Of a DNA stretch of 64,000 bases, positions 13,242-26,099 are shown piece by piece (the stretch's first letter is position 1; each line of letters starts with the position of its first letter). The notes under the pieces were generated by a model. That model saw nothing but the letters and a program-made list of their open reading frames with translations. It was not told the origin of the DNA and searched no databases. The stretch lies in the NCBI GenBank assembly GCA_964016885.1, contig OZ024741.1, forward strand, positions 380,308,001 to 380,372,000, written 5' to 3'. The position numbers were made by a program, and so were the translations under genes. Origin of the DNA: Eledone cirrhosa (Eukaryota).

Positions 13242-13348
13242 AATAATAATTGTTTCTACATTTGGCACAAAGCCAGCAATTATCCCAGTGTATTACTGGT
13301 GCTTTATTTTATTGACTCTGTAAGGATGAAAAGCAAAGTTAACCTCTC
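13242..13348 (-). mobile_element. tRNA-derived SINE, 3' fragment
   Basis: Reverse complement matches the body and tail of the SINE at 30864-31034 (aactttgc..catccttac..ataaaataaag.accagtaa..ctggga..gtagaaacaattatt). Confidence 0.75.
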
Positions 13349-13363
13349 AATAATAATAATAAT

Positions 13364-14080
13364 ATAACTATATCAAGTTCAATATTGACAAGTCAGTGAA
13401 TTCCCAACTTTGCAAGTTGTGTGGTCATAAATGTGAGACAATAAACCACATTATTAGTGAATGTAAGATACTTTCTGAGAAAGAGTACAAAAGAAGGCAT
13501 AACACCATACCCAGATTGGTTCACTGGCAGCTTTATCATAAGTACGACATGAGCAGACGTGAGAAATGTTATGAACAACAATTGGAAAGGCTGGTTAAAA
13601 CTGAACAGTATGAGATCTTGTGCGACATGACCATCCAGTGTGACCATTTTATTGTGGCTAAAAAGCGTGACATTGTTATCATAGAAAAGAAGACTAACAA
13701 GGCGTGTATTGTGGATATTGCTTCAATGTTAGACCACAAGGTGAATGAGAAGGAGATTGATAAAAATGAGAAATACCAGGAGCTGAATCGAGAACTCAGG
13801 AAACTATGGAGAATCAGACACATACAAATGGTACCGATTGTAGTTGATGCACTTGGAGCAGTTAGTAGAAGATTGGATGCATGGCTTGAGAAGCTAGGAA
13901 TTACCTTGAGGACAGGATTGTTGCAGAGAACGTCTTTACTGGGAACAGGAAGAATTCTAAGAAGGGTTTTGGAAAGTTGAAGGAGAAGGAATGACCCATT
14001 GGCTGTGGCTCGCTCTTGTGGTATAGTATCGATATAACATCTGCCTGAACAAAAGCATTATGAATAATAATAACAATAAT
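13364..14080 (+). mobile_element. R4/Dong-clade non-LTR retrotransposon, 3' fragment (CCHC + restriction-like endonuclease)
   Basis: ORF 13396-13980 contains CKLC..ETINHIISEC..YKRRHN and RDIVII..IVDIA..EKYQEL..PIVVDALG..LLGTGRILRRVL. A short 3' UTR and (TAA)n tail follow, and there is (AAT)n on the 5' side too. Confidence 0.88.
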
Positions 14081-14370
14081 TCTACTTTTTGCTTTACATA
14101 TCGACCCCGTAAGGATGAAAGGCAAAGTTAATCTCGGCAGATTTGAACTCAGAACATAAAGGGTCATAACTCTAGGCTGCAAAGCATGGTATTTGACGCT
14201 CTACCGATATTGCAAAACCAATAGTTTCTGATTTAGGCACATGGTTACCAATTTTTGAGCGAGGGAATGTCATATAAATCAACCTCAGTAGGTAAGTGGT
14301 ACTTCATTTTATTGAGCCCATAAGGGTGAAAGGGAAAGCTAACTTTAGCAAAATTTGAACTCCGAAATGT
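14081..14370 (-). mobile_element. Two tandem SINE copies (same family as 30864)
   Basis: Contain gaccccgtaaggatgaaaggcaaagttaa..atttgaactcagaa and a second degenerate copy ending in aatttgaactccgaaa. Confidence 0.7.
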
Positions 14371-15963
14371 AACAATCTTCCCACACAACACACATCCTAT
14401 ACAATAGAAACCTAACAAAATATAACAACATCAACAATATATATTCTACAAGATTAATAATACCCAATAAAACAACACAACTCATGTTACTGACATTACA
14501 CAAAGCAGAAGAAGCATTACATTAACACCATAAAAAATAAGATAAACCCATAACAAACTAAGACTGGTGAAGTAATCTAATTGGAAACTTAGTTCTTTGT
14601 AATAGATGACAGTTAATTGAACTAAAGTTCATATGTTAAATATGTTGTAAAAAGCATTTCCACTTATACTCAAATCGAATCTATCTGCATGATGCTCACC
14701 TGCTTCATGTCTGGACAGAGATCATAGCAAACTCACAAACTCACTCACACAAGTCATACATAGCATCCCCACACAATTGAGGGTCAGAAATCAAGAGGAA
14801 TATACAGCCTGCACTTCCTCCAACAGGATGTCATTGAGCCTTGCTTCTGGCAAGACTCCTCCTGCACTTTCAGCTCCCTAGTCCCACAAAATATATAGCA
14901 ATTATAAAAATATATTATAGCCTTTGTTTTCCTCACATTACCACAAACACCAGTTGCAGATATCAATATATCATGTTTGATTAGATCTGTATATGTTTGA
15001 TTATATCTGTAAATATATGAAATTGTCATACTGTTACTATATATTATCCTTCCATCAACACACAAAGAAACAGCCTTCACTTTCTTATTACATAGCCTTA
15101 TTACATTTCACTTCCATCAACCCTCAGGGTATTAATGTGTGATTTTGAGATTTTAGTTGCTATTACTGTCATATTTTCTCAGTTATTATTCTTTCTATCA
15201 TTTAGACAAGTAGTCAGTTTCCAACAATATATTACCAAAAACCATTGTAATAATTTATTTATTTTTGGTGAAAGTTGTATCAATTTTAGTTTCTAATACA
15301 GAATGCAAAGCATAGCCTGCAATGAAGCCACAATATACCTAATATTTCAAGCAGGAATATTCATCAGAGAATTTAATTTTATTTATAAAAGGTGAGATTT
15401 GGCATATGAAGGAAATAAGTTGTTTGAATGAGATAATAAGGTTGTATAACTGTGTTATTGTATATATATCATCTTACTGTAATATCATCTTAATACAATG
15501 TCATCTTAATACAATAATATGATAATACACTAATATATAAGTATTAACCTAGTTATGACTAAAGTAAGGGTGGGGTGGATGTGGGTTGATGTTAGAATTG
15601 AAGTACTTTTCGGCCAAATGACTTGTATTAATTAATTTCATCTGCTTGCAGTTTCAGACCAAATCTTGCCAAACCAGTCTTTCTTTTTCATCTCTAAAGG
15701 ATCAATAAAATAAGTACTAATCAAGAACAGGGTTAGTATAATGCAAAGGAATTCTCCAAAATGTGTGCCCTTGTACTAATGTCACACTGATTGAAGTAGA
15801 GAAGAGGCATTAAAAAAAATAAAATCGAAACAAACATAAAATCCTACGCTACCTCATTAAATGCCTTGTCATTGTAAACAGAGTGCCTTGGAATTTTTCC
15901 CAACCACTGATCAGAATGTTTGATGCTTCAAGAAAAAAATATTTCAAATTCAAATCTAGTGAC

Positions 15964-16373
15964 AGCAACATTTCAAAGCTACTGAAGAACATTTCAAACT
16001 ACTAAGCAACATTAAAAAGCTTATAAGCAACATTACAAAACTATTGAGCTACTGAACATCAACAATTTCAACTACTGCACACCAACATTTCAAAGCTACT
16101 AAGCAACATTAAAAAGCTAATAAGCAACGTTTCACAGCTACTAAACAGTAATATTTCAAAGGTACTGCAGAGCAGCATTTCAAAGCAACAGGGCAGCAAC
16201 ATTTAAAAGCTACTGAGCAGCAACATTTCAAAGCTACTGCATAGCAACATTTCAAAGCTACTGCATAGCAACATTTCAAAGCTATTGAGTAGCAACATTT
16301 CAAAGTTATTGAGCTGCAACATTTCATATCTACTGAACAGAAACATTTCATAGCTACTGCACAGCAATATTTT
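15964..16373. repeat. Minisatellite, ~21-24-bp unit (AGCAACATTTCAAAGCTACTGNNN), about 18 copies
   Basis: Direct tandem repetition is visible, with no unique spacers. Confidence 0.9.
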
Positions 16374-16924
16374 GATGGACATGGCACTAATACTGTGACT
16401 GTGTAGCCAACCATACCCCCATGCAGCTATCTGAGGTTTTAGAATAAGTATGCTATATGTCATAAAAAATAACTAAAAAAGTTGGTATCAGGAAAAGCAA
16501 CCAACTGTAAAACATTTTCTCAAATCATCCCATCTAAACCCATGGCATCATGGAAAAGTAGACTTAAACACCACAACAATGCTGCTGCTGACGATGATGA
16601 TCCTGATGATGAAAATAGAATCCAAAAGTGTCTTGAGGTAGTATACATCATCAAATATTATATGTATTTTATGAATGTAAAATTATATTGTTATACTGTT
16701 GTGAAAAGATGTTTCTGACGTTTAGGACACAAGTCTTTCTTTGTTGAAGAGAGACTAGGTACATCATTTTAAAACAGAAGTCATTAATTCATTTTGGCAT
16801 ATAACTCTTTTTTACTAAATCAGGCTGCTTGTATTTATATGAAAATTATTTATTGTGTATATTATCAGATTTATATGTGATATTATGATAATTATGTGAC
16901 TTAGTATTACATTCATATAACTTA

Positions 16925-17092
16925 CCATAGAGTGTCAGACACCATGCTTTGCAGTCATGGCCCTTTACATTCTGAGTTCAAATTCCGCCGAGGTAAACTT
17001 TGCCTTTCATCCTTGCGGGGTCAATAAAATAGAGCACCAGTAATGCACTGGGTAATTTCTGGCCTTGTACCGAAAGTAGAAACAATTATTAA
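16925..17092 (+). mobile_element. tRNA-derived SINE
   Basis: B-box-like GAGTTCAAATTCC; body and tail match the 30864 copy. Confidence 0.8.
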
Positions 17093-17322
17093 TCCTTTTT
17101 AGGTTGATAAATAAATTCTTCTTCTACAACCCTTTATTACTTCCTCTATATTGTTCTCTCTCCCTCCTTCAATGAAAGAAATTGGCTGTATTCAGGCCGG
17201 GAAATGGGATGGGGATCTGCTAGCTTTATAATCTCCGAGAAATGCCATATATCACAATGATGCCCTTACAACTTCACCTGCAGTTATGGCTCCATATGTG
17301 TGTATATATATATATATATATA

Positions 17323-18245
17323 TTTCGTTTTTAAATTTGTTTTGCAAGAATTCTTATCTGAAAATGCGTGTTGAAACAGATATTGTTATACATTGGGAGA
17401 GTCATGTTGCCAATAAAAACACATGCCCCTGTTGGTTTTCACTTCAATTTATTATACATTTCCAGATGGTTAGCTGGTTTGATAACCGGATAGTTGTTTA
17501 TATTGTCAAAGCTCTTTTGTCACACATTTTGTGACCTCCTCAGTGACTGTTTTTTTTTGTGTCTCTGCTTTGTTCTGTCCTACAACATCTTGTTTTTGTG
17601 TGTTGTGTGCTTAGTTTGAACATGCGTTACATCTGGGTGTGTGTGTGTTTATTTATTTATGTGTATATTTATTTGTCACTAGTTGGTTGTTTGTTTCATC
17701 TGTGTGTGTCTGATTTCTTTTGATAGTTTTGTTTTAGTATGTGTCTGTATGCCTTCATTTTGTCCTTAATTACTAGTTGCGATGTTGTTATTCGACTCAT
17801 GTTTTCTGCTTAATTTTGGTTTATATTTGTTGCCTCTATGTTTGTCAGGGTATTGTATCTTTTCTGTGCGTGGATATAATGTTCATCTCTATGTTCTCTA
17901 ATGTGCCTCTATATTCTATTTCGGCATGTTGGTGGAGTACTAATAAGTTTTTTCCCATCCTGGAGTTCTCAACAGTGTTCACTTATCCTTTCTGCAATGC
18001 ATCAGGCTGTTTCACCTTAGTATGTTATATTCTTATTCCTACACTCTCCCTCAGTGCATTTTAAGTGATAATTTTCCTAGTTTCGCAGTTAGTTTGCAGG
18101 CTTAGCTTGCAGACTATGCATTTCCTATTAGTGTAGGGGGTTCTTTGAAATGGGCATGCTTTAGGAAAAACTCATCAGTACTCCACCAACATGCCAAAAT
18201 AAAACACAAGGGCATATTAGATAACATAGAGCTCAACATTTCTGT
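17323..18245 (-). mobile_element. Penelope-like element 3' remnant (same family as 53206-57488), with a small terminal inversion
   Basis: 17323-18150 is a diverged reverse complement of ~56640-57488 (GIY-YIG end and pLTR) and abuts (TA)n. ~18165-18240 is an inverted copy of ~17878-17955. Confidence 0.85.
17505..17547 (-). ncRNA. Degenerate hammerhead ribozyme motif in PLE pLTR
   Basis: Minus strand reads GUCA CUGAGGA G GUCAC-AAAAUGU-GUGAC AAAA GAGCUU UGAC. The core GAAA is mutated to AAAA. Confidence 0.55.
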
Positions 18246-19099
18246 CTCGTTTCTACATTTGGTGGTAGTTTTCATGGTGGTGGCACTGATGTATTTGATG
18301 GTTATTATGTTGGTTAGTGGGGGATAGGGTTAGTTGCAATAATAATCATTATAATCATATCAGGGAAGGTGGTGGTATGATGATTGCAACAACGATCAGG
18401 ATGATGATGGTGATGGTGGTGATGATGATGATGATGATGATATTCAACATCATCATGGAAAGAAAAGCATTCATTTGATGAGTTGACAAAATGTTATTAC
18501 ATTGCCTCATGAATATTATAAACCTAAAATGAAAATGAAATTTAGTCTTTCCTTCAGACAAGACAGTAAAAAGATGAATAGATTAGTGAAATAAATTGGA
18601 ATCAGTTTGTATCCAGTAAACTCATTTCGTAGATGAAAAGAAGTAAAGTTAAATATATGAGATTTTTACAAAGAAAGCTATTAATTTCATTTTTTTCTCT
18701 TTTTTTGTGTGTGTAAGGGATATTTTTTTTTTTTTTCTGTTACCATCTTGTATTTATTTTTTTGAAAGAGATTTAGTTTCCGATAAGAATGGTTCACTAT
18801 ATTGACAAGTTCTCTGCCAAATAAGCAAATAGTGTTAATAAGCTGAGTAGACTAATATAAAGATATTTATTCATAAGTATTGTGGCTCTTATTAATGTTG
18901 CCATTTTTGCTTTTTTATATTGGAATTAAGGACAAAGTTTAAAATATCTAACCATGCATTACATGCAATGATTGCAGTCATTGTAAATTAAAGTAACAAG
19001 AAAACTTTGTCTGAATTAACAGAGGCTGCAGAAAATGTTTGTATTTCTCCAAAATATGTACACTTGTGTTAGTAGCTTAATGTAATAAAATAATGAAAT

Positions 19100-20098
19100 C
19101 AGGGCCAGACTTTCACTTGCTGAGGCCCGAAGCTATATGAAATTTGAGGCCTTTCTCTAAAATAATTTGAGTAAATAATTTTGAATAATTGTACATGATT
19201 ATTATATATCAATGACTAGCTGCAGTACCTGGTAACCTGGAAAGGTGAGGTTATTTGCAGTTCCCAGAGTGCGCCTGAAAATACTAGTGAACCTGGGTGT
19301 CCATACTGGATTTTCAATAGCAACCTTAGCTAGGTGTGTTTATGGCGGATCAATTTTTTGAGTGGAACTATTAATAGCTGTTTAAGTCATAAGTCCTTCT
19401 TCCATCCAGCTTTCTTCATTCAAAGTGAATAAGCCGGGGAAGTTTGAGCTGGAAGAGTATCGAACTTATTAAACAAACTTCTGTATAAGGATAGCAAACT
19501 TACTGCCTTAGCACTCAAGAACAAACACACAACAATTGAGGAAGTCACCACAATTATTGAAGAATTATAACCCAGTGAACATATTCAGGTACTGTTCAAG
19601 CCCCCTGTATATCACCGTTTGTAAAGCCCTTCGAATGACAGAAGCAATTCAATAAAACCATCCCGTTTCCCTCTATTGTAGACATAACGTGAGACAACAC
19701 ACCATAATAAGTTGGATAAACAGTCAGAAGTATAGACCCTAAAGAGAGTCTTGTAATGTTCACTGTTGCAAAGTGTCAATAATGGAGGAGAAGTTACATC
19801 TTCTTAATTCTTGTTAATCTTCATACAATCTGACACCTTGAAATATCACCAGAATAAAGTCTACTCACAAAGACAGCATGTTACGATTAACATGCTGGAA
19901 GTACGAATATTCGTCAACATACGATTTTAGTATTATTCTTCAGACTAATCTCAGGGTAATCCAACTTCCATGTCATTGATCATGACACTTTTTTGAATTT
20001 ATCACCAACTCCTGCAGTTGACCTTAATGTGAACTAAGCATGTGCACATGTTCAGAAACCATATCAGTGGATGTGATATATATATATATGTGTGTGTG

Positions 20099-20150
<52 letters not shown>

Positions 20151-20688
20151 AACATCTGTTCAGTCCTCAACCAAAATTAGATTGTCGTCTGCTTTGTTTG
20201 AAATTTCTTTATGTATATTTCTAATAAGTTGTTGCTTTGTTTTGGAGGACTGAGTTGTGAGAAGAGGAAGGGAAGTAGTGGGTGGGAGGGTTTAACATAC
20301 AGTAGTATTATTTCCTCTTCCTCCTCTCACTGAAATGTCTTCTCTTTCTTCCTCCATTGTAAAGATGTCCCCACGGGTTCCATTATTGATTTTGTATCCA
20401 TATAGCCAGTCCGGTTACTGAATATTAGCTTAACATGTGTGTAAAGTTTCATAAGGATCAGATCACTGGTGTAGGTGCCAACTCATTATACACAGATACA
20501 CAGACACAGAAATTGTCATTTATATAGTAGATTACAATATTACATAATGTACATATATCATTTTTGATGATTTAGTCTTAAAGAATAAAACTTAAAGATA
20601 AAATGAAGATTATATTTTTAAATGAGACCCCCGATGATGTGTGACCCTAAGCTACAGCTTATTTACTTTATAGGTAAGTCCAGCAATA
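19100..20688. mobile_element. hAT-type MITE interrupted by a Helitron
   Basis: Left end CAGGGCCAGACTT and degenerate right end AAGTCCAGCAATA. Subterminal GAGGCCC.AAGC / GTGACCCTAAGC motifs. Flanks AATGAAAT / ACTGAAAC match 6/8, consistent with an old 8-bp TSD. Confidence 0.6.
19216..20531 (-). mobile_element. Non-autonomous Helitron
   Basis: Minus strand starts A|TCTACTATATAAATGACAATTTCTGTGTCTG and ends with a decayed hairpin then ..TACTGCAGCTAG|T. It is inserted in an AT dinucleotide with no TSD. Confidence 0.75.
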
Positions 20689-22104
20689 ACTGAAACCAAC
20701 GCTAAGAGAAATCAATTCGTTTTGAGCAAGACAAGTAGATTTTTATGTAGTTTGCTTGATCTTACTAGAATAAGTACACCAGTCTCACCTCAACAGACTC
20801 GCTATCGTGTGTAATGTTTATGACTACATCCTTTAGCTAAACTAAGTACTATAACACAATAACCATGTATTAACACCTTTGATACCATGATACATGAAGT
20901 AGCCCTATAATCTGATAAAACGTTGTTTATTTTAAAGGAAAGCTGCCGTCAGAAGGATTTGAACTCAAACTGTAAAAGGGCCATAATTCTATGTCACAAA
21001 GCATGCTTTTCAATGCTCTACTAAAATGTTTAAAGTCAAAGTAGATTAGAATTCTATTTGGGTATCTCCATAATGCATATTTACTTACTCAGGAACCACA
21101 AAGTTTTAGCAGAAAATTAGTTGCTCGAATCAATCTCAGCATATAGCTGGTATTTTTATTGCCACTCCTGAATAGTGATGGAGCCTTTATGTAATGGCTT
21201 GACCTGTTAGACTTAGTTCATTTTACCTCAAATCAGACTCTAAAGCTATTATAGAGGAAAAGAACACAGATAATATTAAAATGACATTATAGTCACGGTT
21301 GGAATGCCTTTTATGAAATGTCTGCTTGGTCAGGGTTAAATTGGAGTTAAATAGCAACAAATGTTCATAATTCTGCTATTAAGTTTCTATTTCATTAGCA
21401 GTATCTATAATCACTTCTCATGCATTCATTCTTTTGCTGAAAGGAAGGAAAAGAAGGAGACATTAAGAGAGGTAGTGGCTGTCAGTAGGAAAGTAAATAT
21501 CATATGTTACATTTTAAATTGCAACAAATCAGAAAGGAGTTAGAAATATTTGTATAATATAAATTAAGTTTAGGTGGTTGTTGGCATAAATCACATTGTT
21601 GAGATAATGTTCTTCCTACTGTTTCTATTGATGCTTATTCATGCATGCATATGACAAATATTATATATATATATATATATATATATCATCATCATCATCA
21701 TCATTTAACGTCCATCTTCCACGCTAGCATATGTATATATATTTAGCAGGGATGTATATGAGCCCGCGGAATGTAGGTCACTACATATATATGTATATAT
21801 ATACATATATATATACATATATATGCAGATATATATATATATTGTTGTTGGGACAATTGATATTACAATTGGTTGTCAATAGAACTGTAAATTAGTGAAA
21901 TATAATAGAGAACATATTTGGTTTTGTCAGTCAGGAATGCTAGAAGCAAGAGTTGAGCATTGCTCTTTGATACAACATATGCTGTATGTTTATGAAGTCA
22001 GCAATCCAGCAACTCAATGTTATGGACATTCTCTCTCATTGTGAAGCACAATTTACTTGTGCGTACCACAATTAGTTTTGTTCCTCTACATTCTGAGTGA
22101 AGAC

Positions 22105-22250
22105 ATGTGACATAGTGGTTAGGAAATCAGGCTCACAATCATAAAGTTATGTGTTTGCTTCCCAGAGTAGGTGATATGTTGAATTCTTCAGTAAGGCACT
22201 TCATTTTATTTTGCTCCAGTTCACTCAGCTGAAAATGAGTTCAAGCATCA
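22105..22250 (+). mobile_element. Degenerate tRNA-headed SINE (second family)
   Basis: A-box-like TAGTGGTTAG, and a body ending ctccagttcactcagctgaaaatgagt. A related minus-strand piece lies at ~53110-53175. Confidence 0.5.
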
Positions 22251-23604
22251 GTCAAAGAGTAAGCTCTTTAATAAGGGGACGGTGGTACACAGAGAGATTG
22301 GATTCAAGAACTCATGGTTATGAAGTGGATGTCTCAATGATATGACTTCATCTTGTAGTATTTATTAGATCCAGAATGAATCTGATCGTAGATAGAATGC
22401 TACGTTATTATTGGTGATATTTCACAAATAGCTAATGCCTATACTGATTAGTTATTGCTACAAAATGGTATATATTATTACTGTTTACAGGTTGTTGTAT
22501 CGTCATAGCTTGACCCCTCTATCTGGCAGAGCTTTCAATAACCTATTTGACCAGGCAATGCACTAACATGTTTACCCCATCTTTCCTACCCAGAATCTCA
22601 GCTCTTAGCAAATCCCTCCCTGCCTATGTTAATTTATATATTTGATTTTTTTTTTAGTAGCAGCTTTATAAAAATTCCAATTCAACAAGTCTCTTGCAGC
22701 TAGTAAGGTCATTCAGAGACAGAGTCTGATACTGCAGATGAAATCATTGAAATATATTGAAAACAAAATGAAGTCACCCTTGATCTAAGTAATCTATAAT
22801 CAAAGATGGCAACCATCCCATATTTCCTGGGCACATAATATTTAGAACCACATTACCTAATAAATCCTTTTATTTTAAAAGTAGCTGAGTGTGATTGGGA
22901 TATTCAGCTGCAATTTCTGTAACATCAAGCAACTGCATAGTGGAGCCATCGACGCTTGTAGTGGTTTAAAAATAGTCAATTGAAGAAAGTTTGACTGCTA
23001 TTTATAGCAAGTGAAGCAACTACATAGTGGTGCCAACATTTTTTTACTGTGGTTCAATTGTTAGCATTCAGTACAGTATATTTATTGCATTCCTTCATAA
23101 AATCCATTTAAGTTAGAAAACTGGGATTCATTGAGTTTTACTGTTGCAGACAATAAATTAAAACACCTACAGATTATTTGAACTCACAATAGCTGGTTGA
23201 GATAGCACCTTAACTATTTATCAAATTTGTCTCAACTAAAGAAAAAGATATATATTTGGAAGTTCCAGAGTTATAAACGTCTTCATGAAAGGTTAAAGAA
23301 ACAATGTCATCAAAGAGATACTTATTCTTTCAAGTAATACGATGAATAGACCAAATAGAAAAGAGAAAGTGTTAACAAAAATAGCAGATATTATTTCGAT
23401 TGTTTAATATTAGAAGAAATTTTCAAAATGTGCTGCAGGAAATTTCATTCTTATTTCTAAAGAAAATATTAGAAACTCATGATGTTTGTTACTAAGCATA
23501 AGTGGGCAAGTGTTACAACATAGTGGACAACTATCCAACAGTTTGCTAGTTCATATCCTATCCTGAAATTTTGGTATGACCGGCCACGATCACCCTAGTT
23601 TTAA

Positions 23605-23819
23605 CCCTTTTGTTATCATATTTTTAATGAAAGATGCTGCCTATGTATTTCAGATATTTGTGAAATTAACCATAAATTTGAAGGTGTTTTATCAAATCCG
23701 TGTTTTCCATTATTAAGCTGATTTTTGGATCATAACTTAAAAATGGTTCTTACATATATGATTGAGTACTTTTAGATGAATATAAACAATTTTAAACAAA
23801 TGGCTTGGTATCAAGAGGG
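23605..23819. mobile_element. piggyBac-type MITE
   Basis: TTAA|CCCTTTTGTTATCA ... TGGTATCAAGAGGG|TTAA (TIRs plus TTAA TSD). Confidence 0.8.
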
Positions 23820-24664
23820 TTAACAAGATACTTCAGTGTGGCATACTTTAGTGCAATATGTGGGCACATGTAGCACTGTGAGATTATAGTTGATTCAATG
23901 CTACAACTGTTTTAGAAAGGCATTGGTTAAAAGATCTCAAGTATATTACCAAGATTTATCTTGTTAAATGTGGTTTTTTTTAACCAGTCAGAAGAGAACA
24001 AAATTAGCCTATGGCGTTTCCACAGTGCCACCAAGAATAGCAGGGAAAATGAAGAAACAACACATTAGTAAGAAGCTACATAATATATTGAATTAGTTTC
24101 AGACTGGAAGTCTAGCCTGACTGTTGGCAACAGAGTGAATTCCATTTCAGGGCAATATGCTGCTGTTAATAATATATATATATATATTAGATATAAATAC
24201 ATATCGTATATATATATGATGGCCTTCTTTACAGTCTCCATCTACAAAATTCACTATTATAAATGAAAAAATAAAAAAAGGTGTTTTTTAAGAATTTGTA
24301 ATCTATGTAATATATTTACATAAATTGTCACCAAATCATTTATGTAAGATAGAATTAAAATATAGAAGAAAAGTACAATAAATTATTAATGTTAGTTTTA
24401 TTTCACCATTAATTGGTTCTGTGTAGAAGAACAATTTAAAAATAATTAAGACATTAAAATGAATTCATTAACTAACTAGTCGTTATTAGGATAAAATGTG
24501 TCACTATTAATTCTTTATCAACCTAAAATGTTCATTTAGATATAAATCTAACTGAAGTGCCAATTATTAAATAGATTTCACTTCAAACTAATATGATCTC
24601 TACATACATGATTTTCAAGGCCATTAGCTTGTTTATTTCTGAAAAAACATCTAAAATATTAATG

Positions 24665-24862
24665 ATGGCTTTGAGCATCGAACAACATGCTTTGTGGCAT
24701 ATAGCTAAATCCCTTTATTATCTGAGTTCAAATCCCACCAATGTTTGCGTTGCTTTTCATCCTTATAATGTTGATAAGATAAAGTACTAGTAACACTCTG
24801 GCGTCGATTTAATCGACTATCCTGAAATCTCTACAACTTGGGCCAAAATCAGAAACCATTAT
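24665..24862 (+). mobile_element. tRNA-derived SINE
   Basis: ctgagttcaaatccc..tgcttttcatcctta..gataa..aaagtactag, same family as 30864. Confidence 0.65.
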
Positions 24863-25516
24863 GGGTACTCAAACTTTAAATAAAACTATATTTACACAAA
24901 TTGTGTACATTCTTTAATAAGTTTCTTTCATCACTACTTTAGCATGTATTGTGATGGTTTTGTGCTTTGTGAGTGTTCATTAACCCTTAATCAGGTAGTG
25001 CCAATAATACTTTTTATTATAGGCCTATAACATTGGTGGAAAGAAGTAAGTTATCCTTAAACCAGAGACCTGCTGCTGATGCTTACAAAAGAGTCAACTC
25101 TGATAAAGGCATCCGGGAGCTTGGTGAAGGTATTAAACCAGTTGGACAATTCAACACACCAAGTAAATTATAGCAGGATTTGAACCCAAAACTATATACT
25201 TGTGAGGAGGCTTAGATCTTGTGTTGCATATAAGAAATTATGCAATGCAATTAGGAAATCTTAAATTTCAACTTGTTTTTATCGAGCTCTTCCTGTTTAA
25301 CTTTTTGTGGATATTATAGCATTCTGTAGCTCTGCTTTTTGTATGGATTTTAATCTTTTCCCAATCTGCACTGTTGTTTCTTCTTTTTCGTTAACTGTTT
25401 ATTATTTTCTGTTTTGTTTTTGTTGGCTACTTTAAAGAAATCAATTATGTGTGTGTATTTTGCAACTATGTGTATTAGTTTCATATTATTCTTTTCTACA
25501 TATTTCTGTAGTTCTA

Positions 25517-25935
25517 CATGCTTCCCATCAAAACTGGAGCCAGCAGACCTCAACTGCAGAAAGTAAGTGGCCTGACGAAATTACCCTCTTCCCATTCAAA
25601 GGAGGTAACTCCCTCAATCTGGGACACCACATGATGTGACATGTTCTCGAGCTTCAACTTAGTCTCTTCGGCCACAAACCCTGATACTGCAGCACAACAT
25701 TCAGAAGTCAGGAAGACAAACAAATACCAGGGCTTGTCCAACAACTTCCTCCTTCTTCACACCTGTTAGCATCGAGTCCTTAGGCATCCTTGGTTCCTGT
25801 ACTATTGAGCTCCTCTGCAAAATTGGAACATCAGCAGCCCATCTGAGGAAGAAACCCCGTGATGTAGGGTGGCTGTTGCAGTGGGTATTGTTGGTAATTT
25901 TCCATGAGGTGCAGCGCAATCACCACCCACCCTAG
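25517..25935 (+). mobile_element. CRE-like non-LTR retrotransposon C-terminal RLE fragment, degraded
   Basis: Translation across frameshifts gives KLEPADL..KWPDEITLFPFKGG..L.WDTT..D..AA..SE.RK..KY.GL...FTPVSIESLG.LG, matching the LEP..GKRPDG..WD.T..K..KY..P.AIETLG pattern of RLE elements. Confidence 0.7.
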
Positions 25936-26099
25936 GCCTAGAGCCAACCACCCTCTCCTCTTCTCTTAGTTCTTGCTTTTTTTCCACTTTCTTCTCCCAT
26001 CTATGGTATTTATTGTCCTTTCCTCTACATTCCCATACAACCAGATCTGCCCTTCTGTTCCCATTTCTTAATTTTATTTTTATTTTTATTTTTCATATT

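Noticed and set aside
14784-15080. 98-aa minus-strand ORF as a host gene
   Set aside because: No motif, no convincing splice structure, and consistent with a chance ORF.
15964-16373. CRISPR-like array
   Set aside because: Repeats are contiguous with no unique spacers, there are no cas genes, and the context is eukaryotic.
22491-22567. Possible host terminal exon (tttacag|..LLYRHSLTPLSGRAFNNLFDQAMH*)
   Set aside because: Only 24 codons with no recognisable homology or partner exons. Not supportable without RNA-seq.
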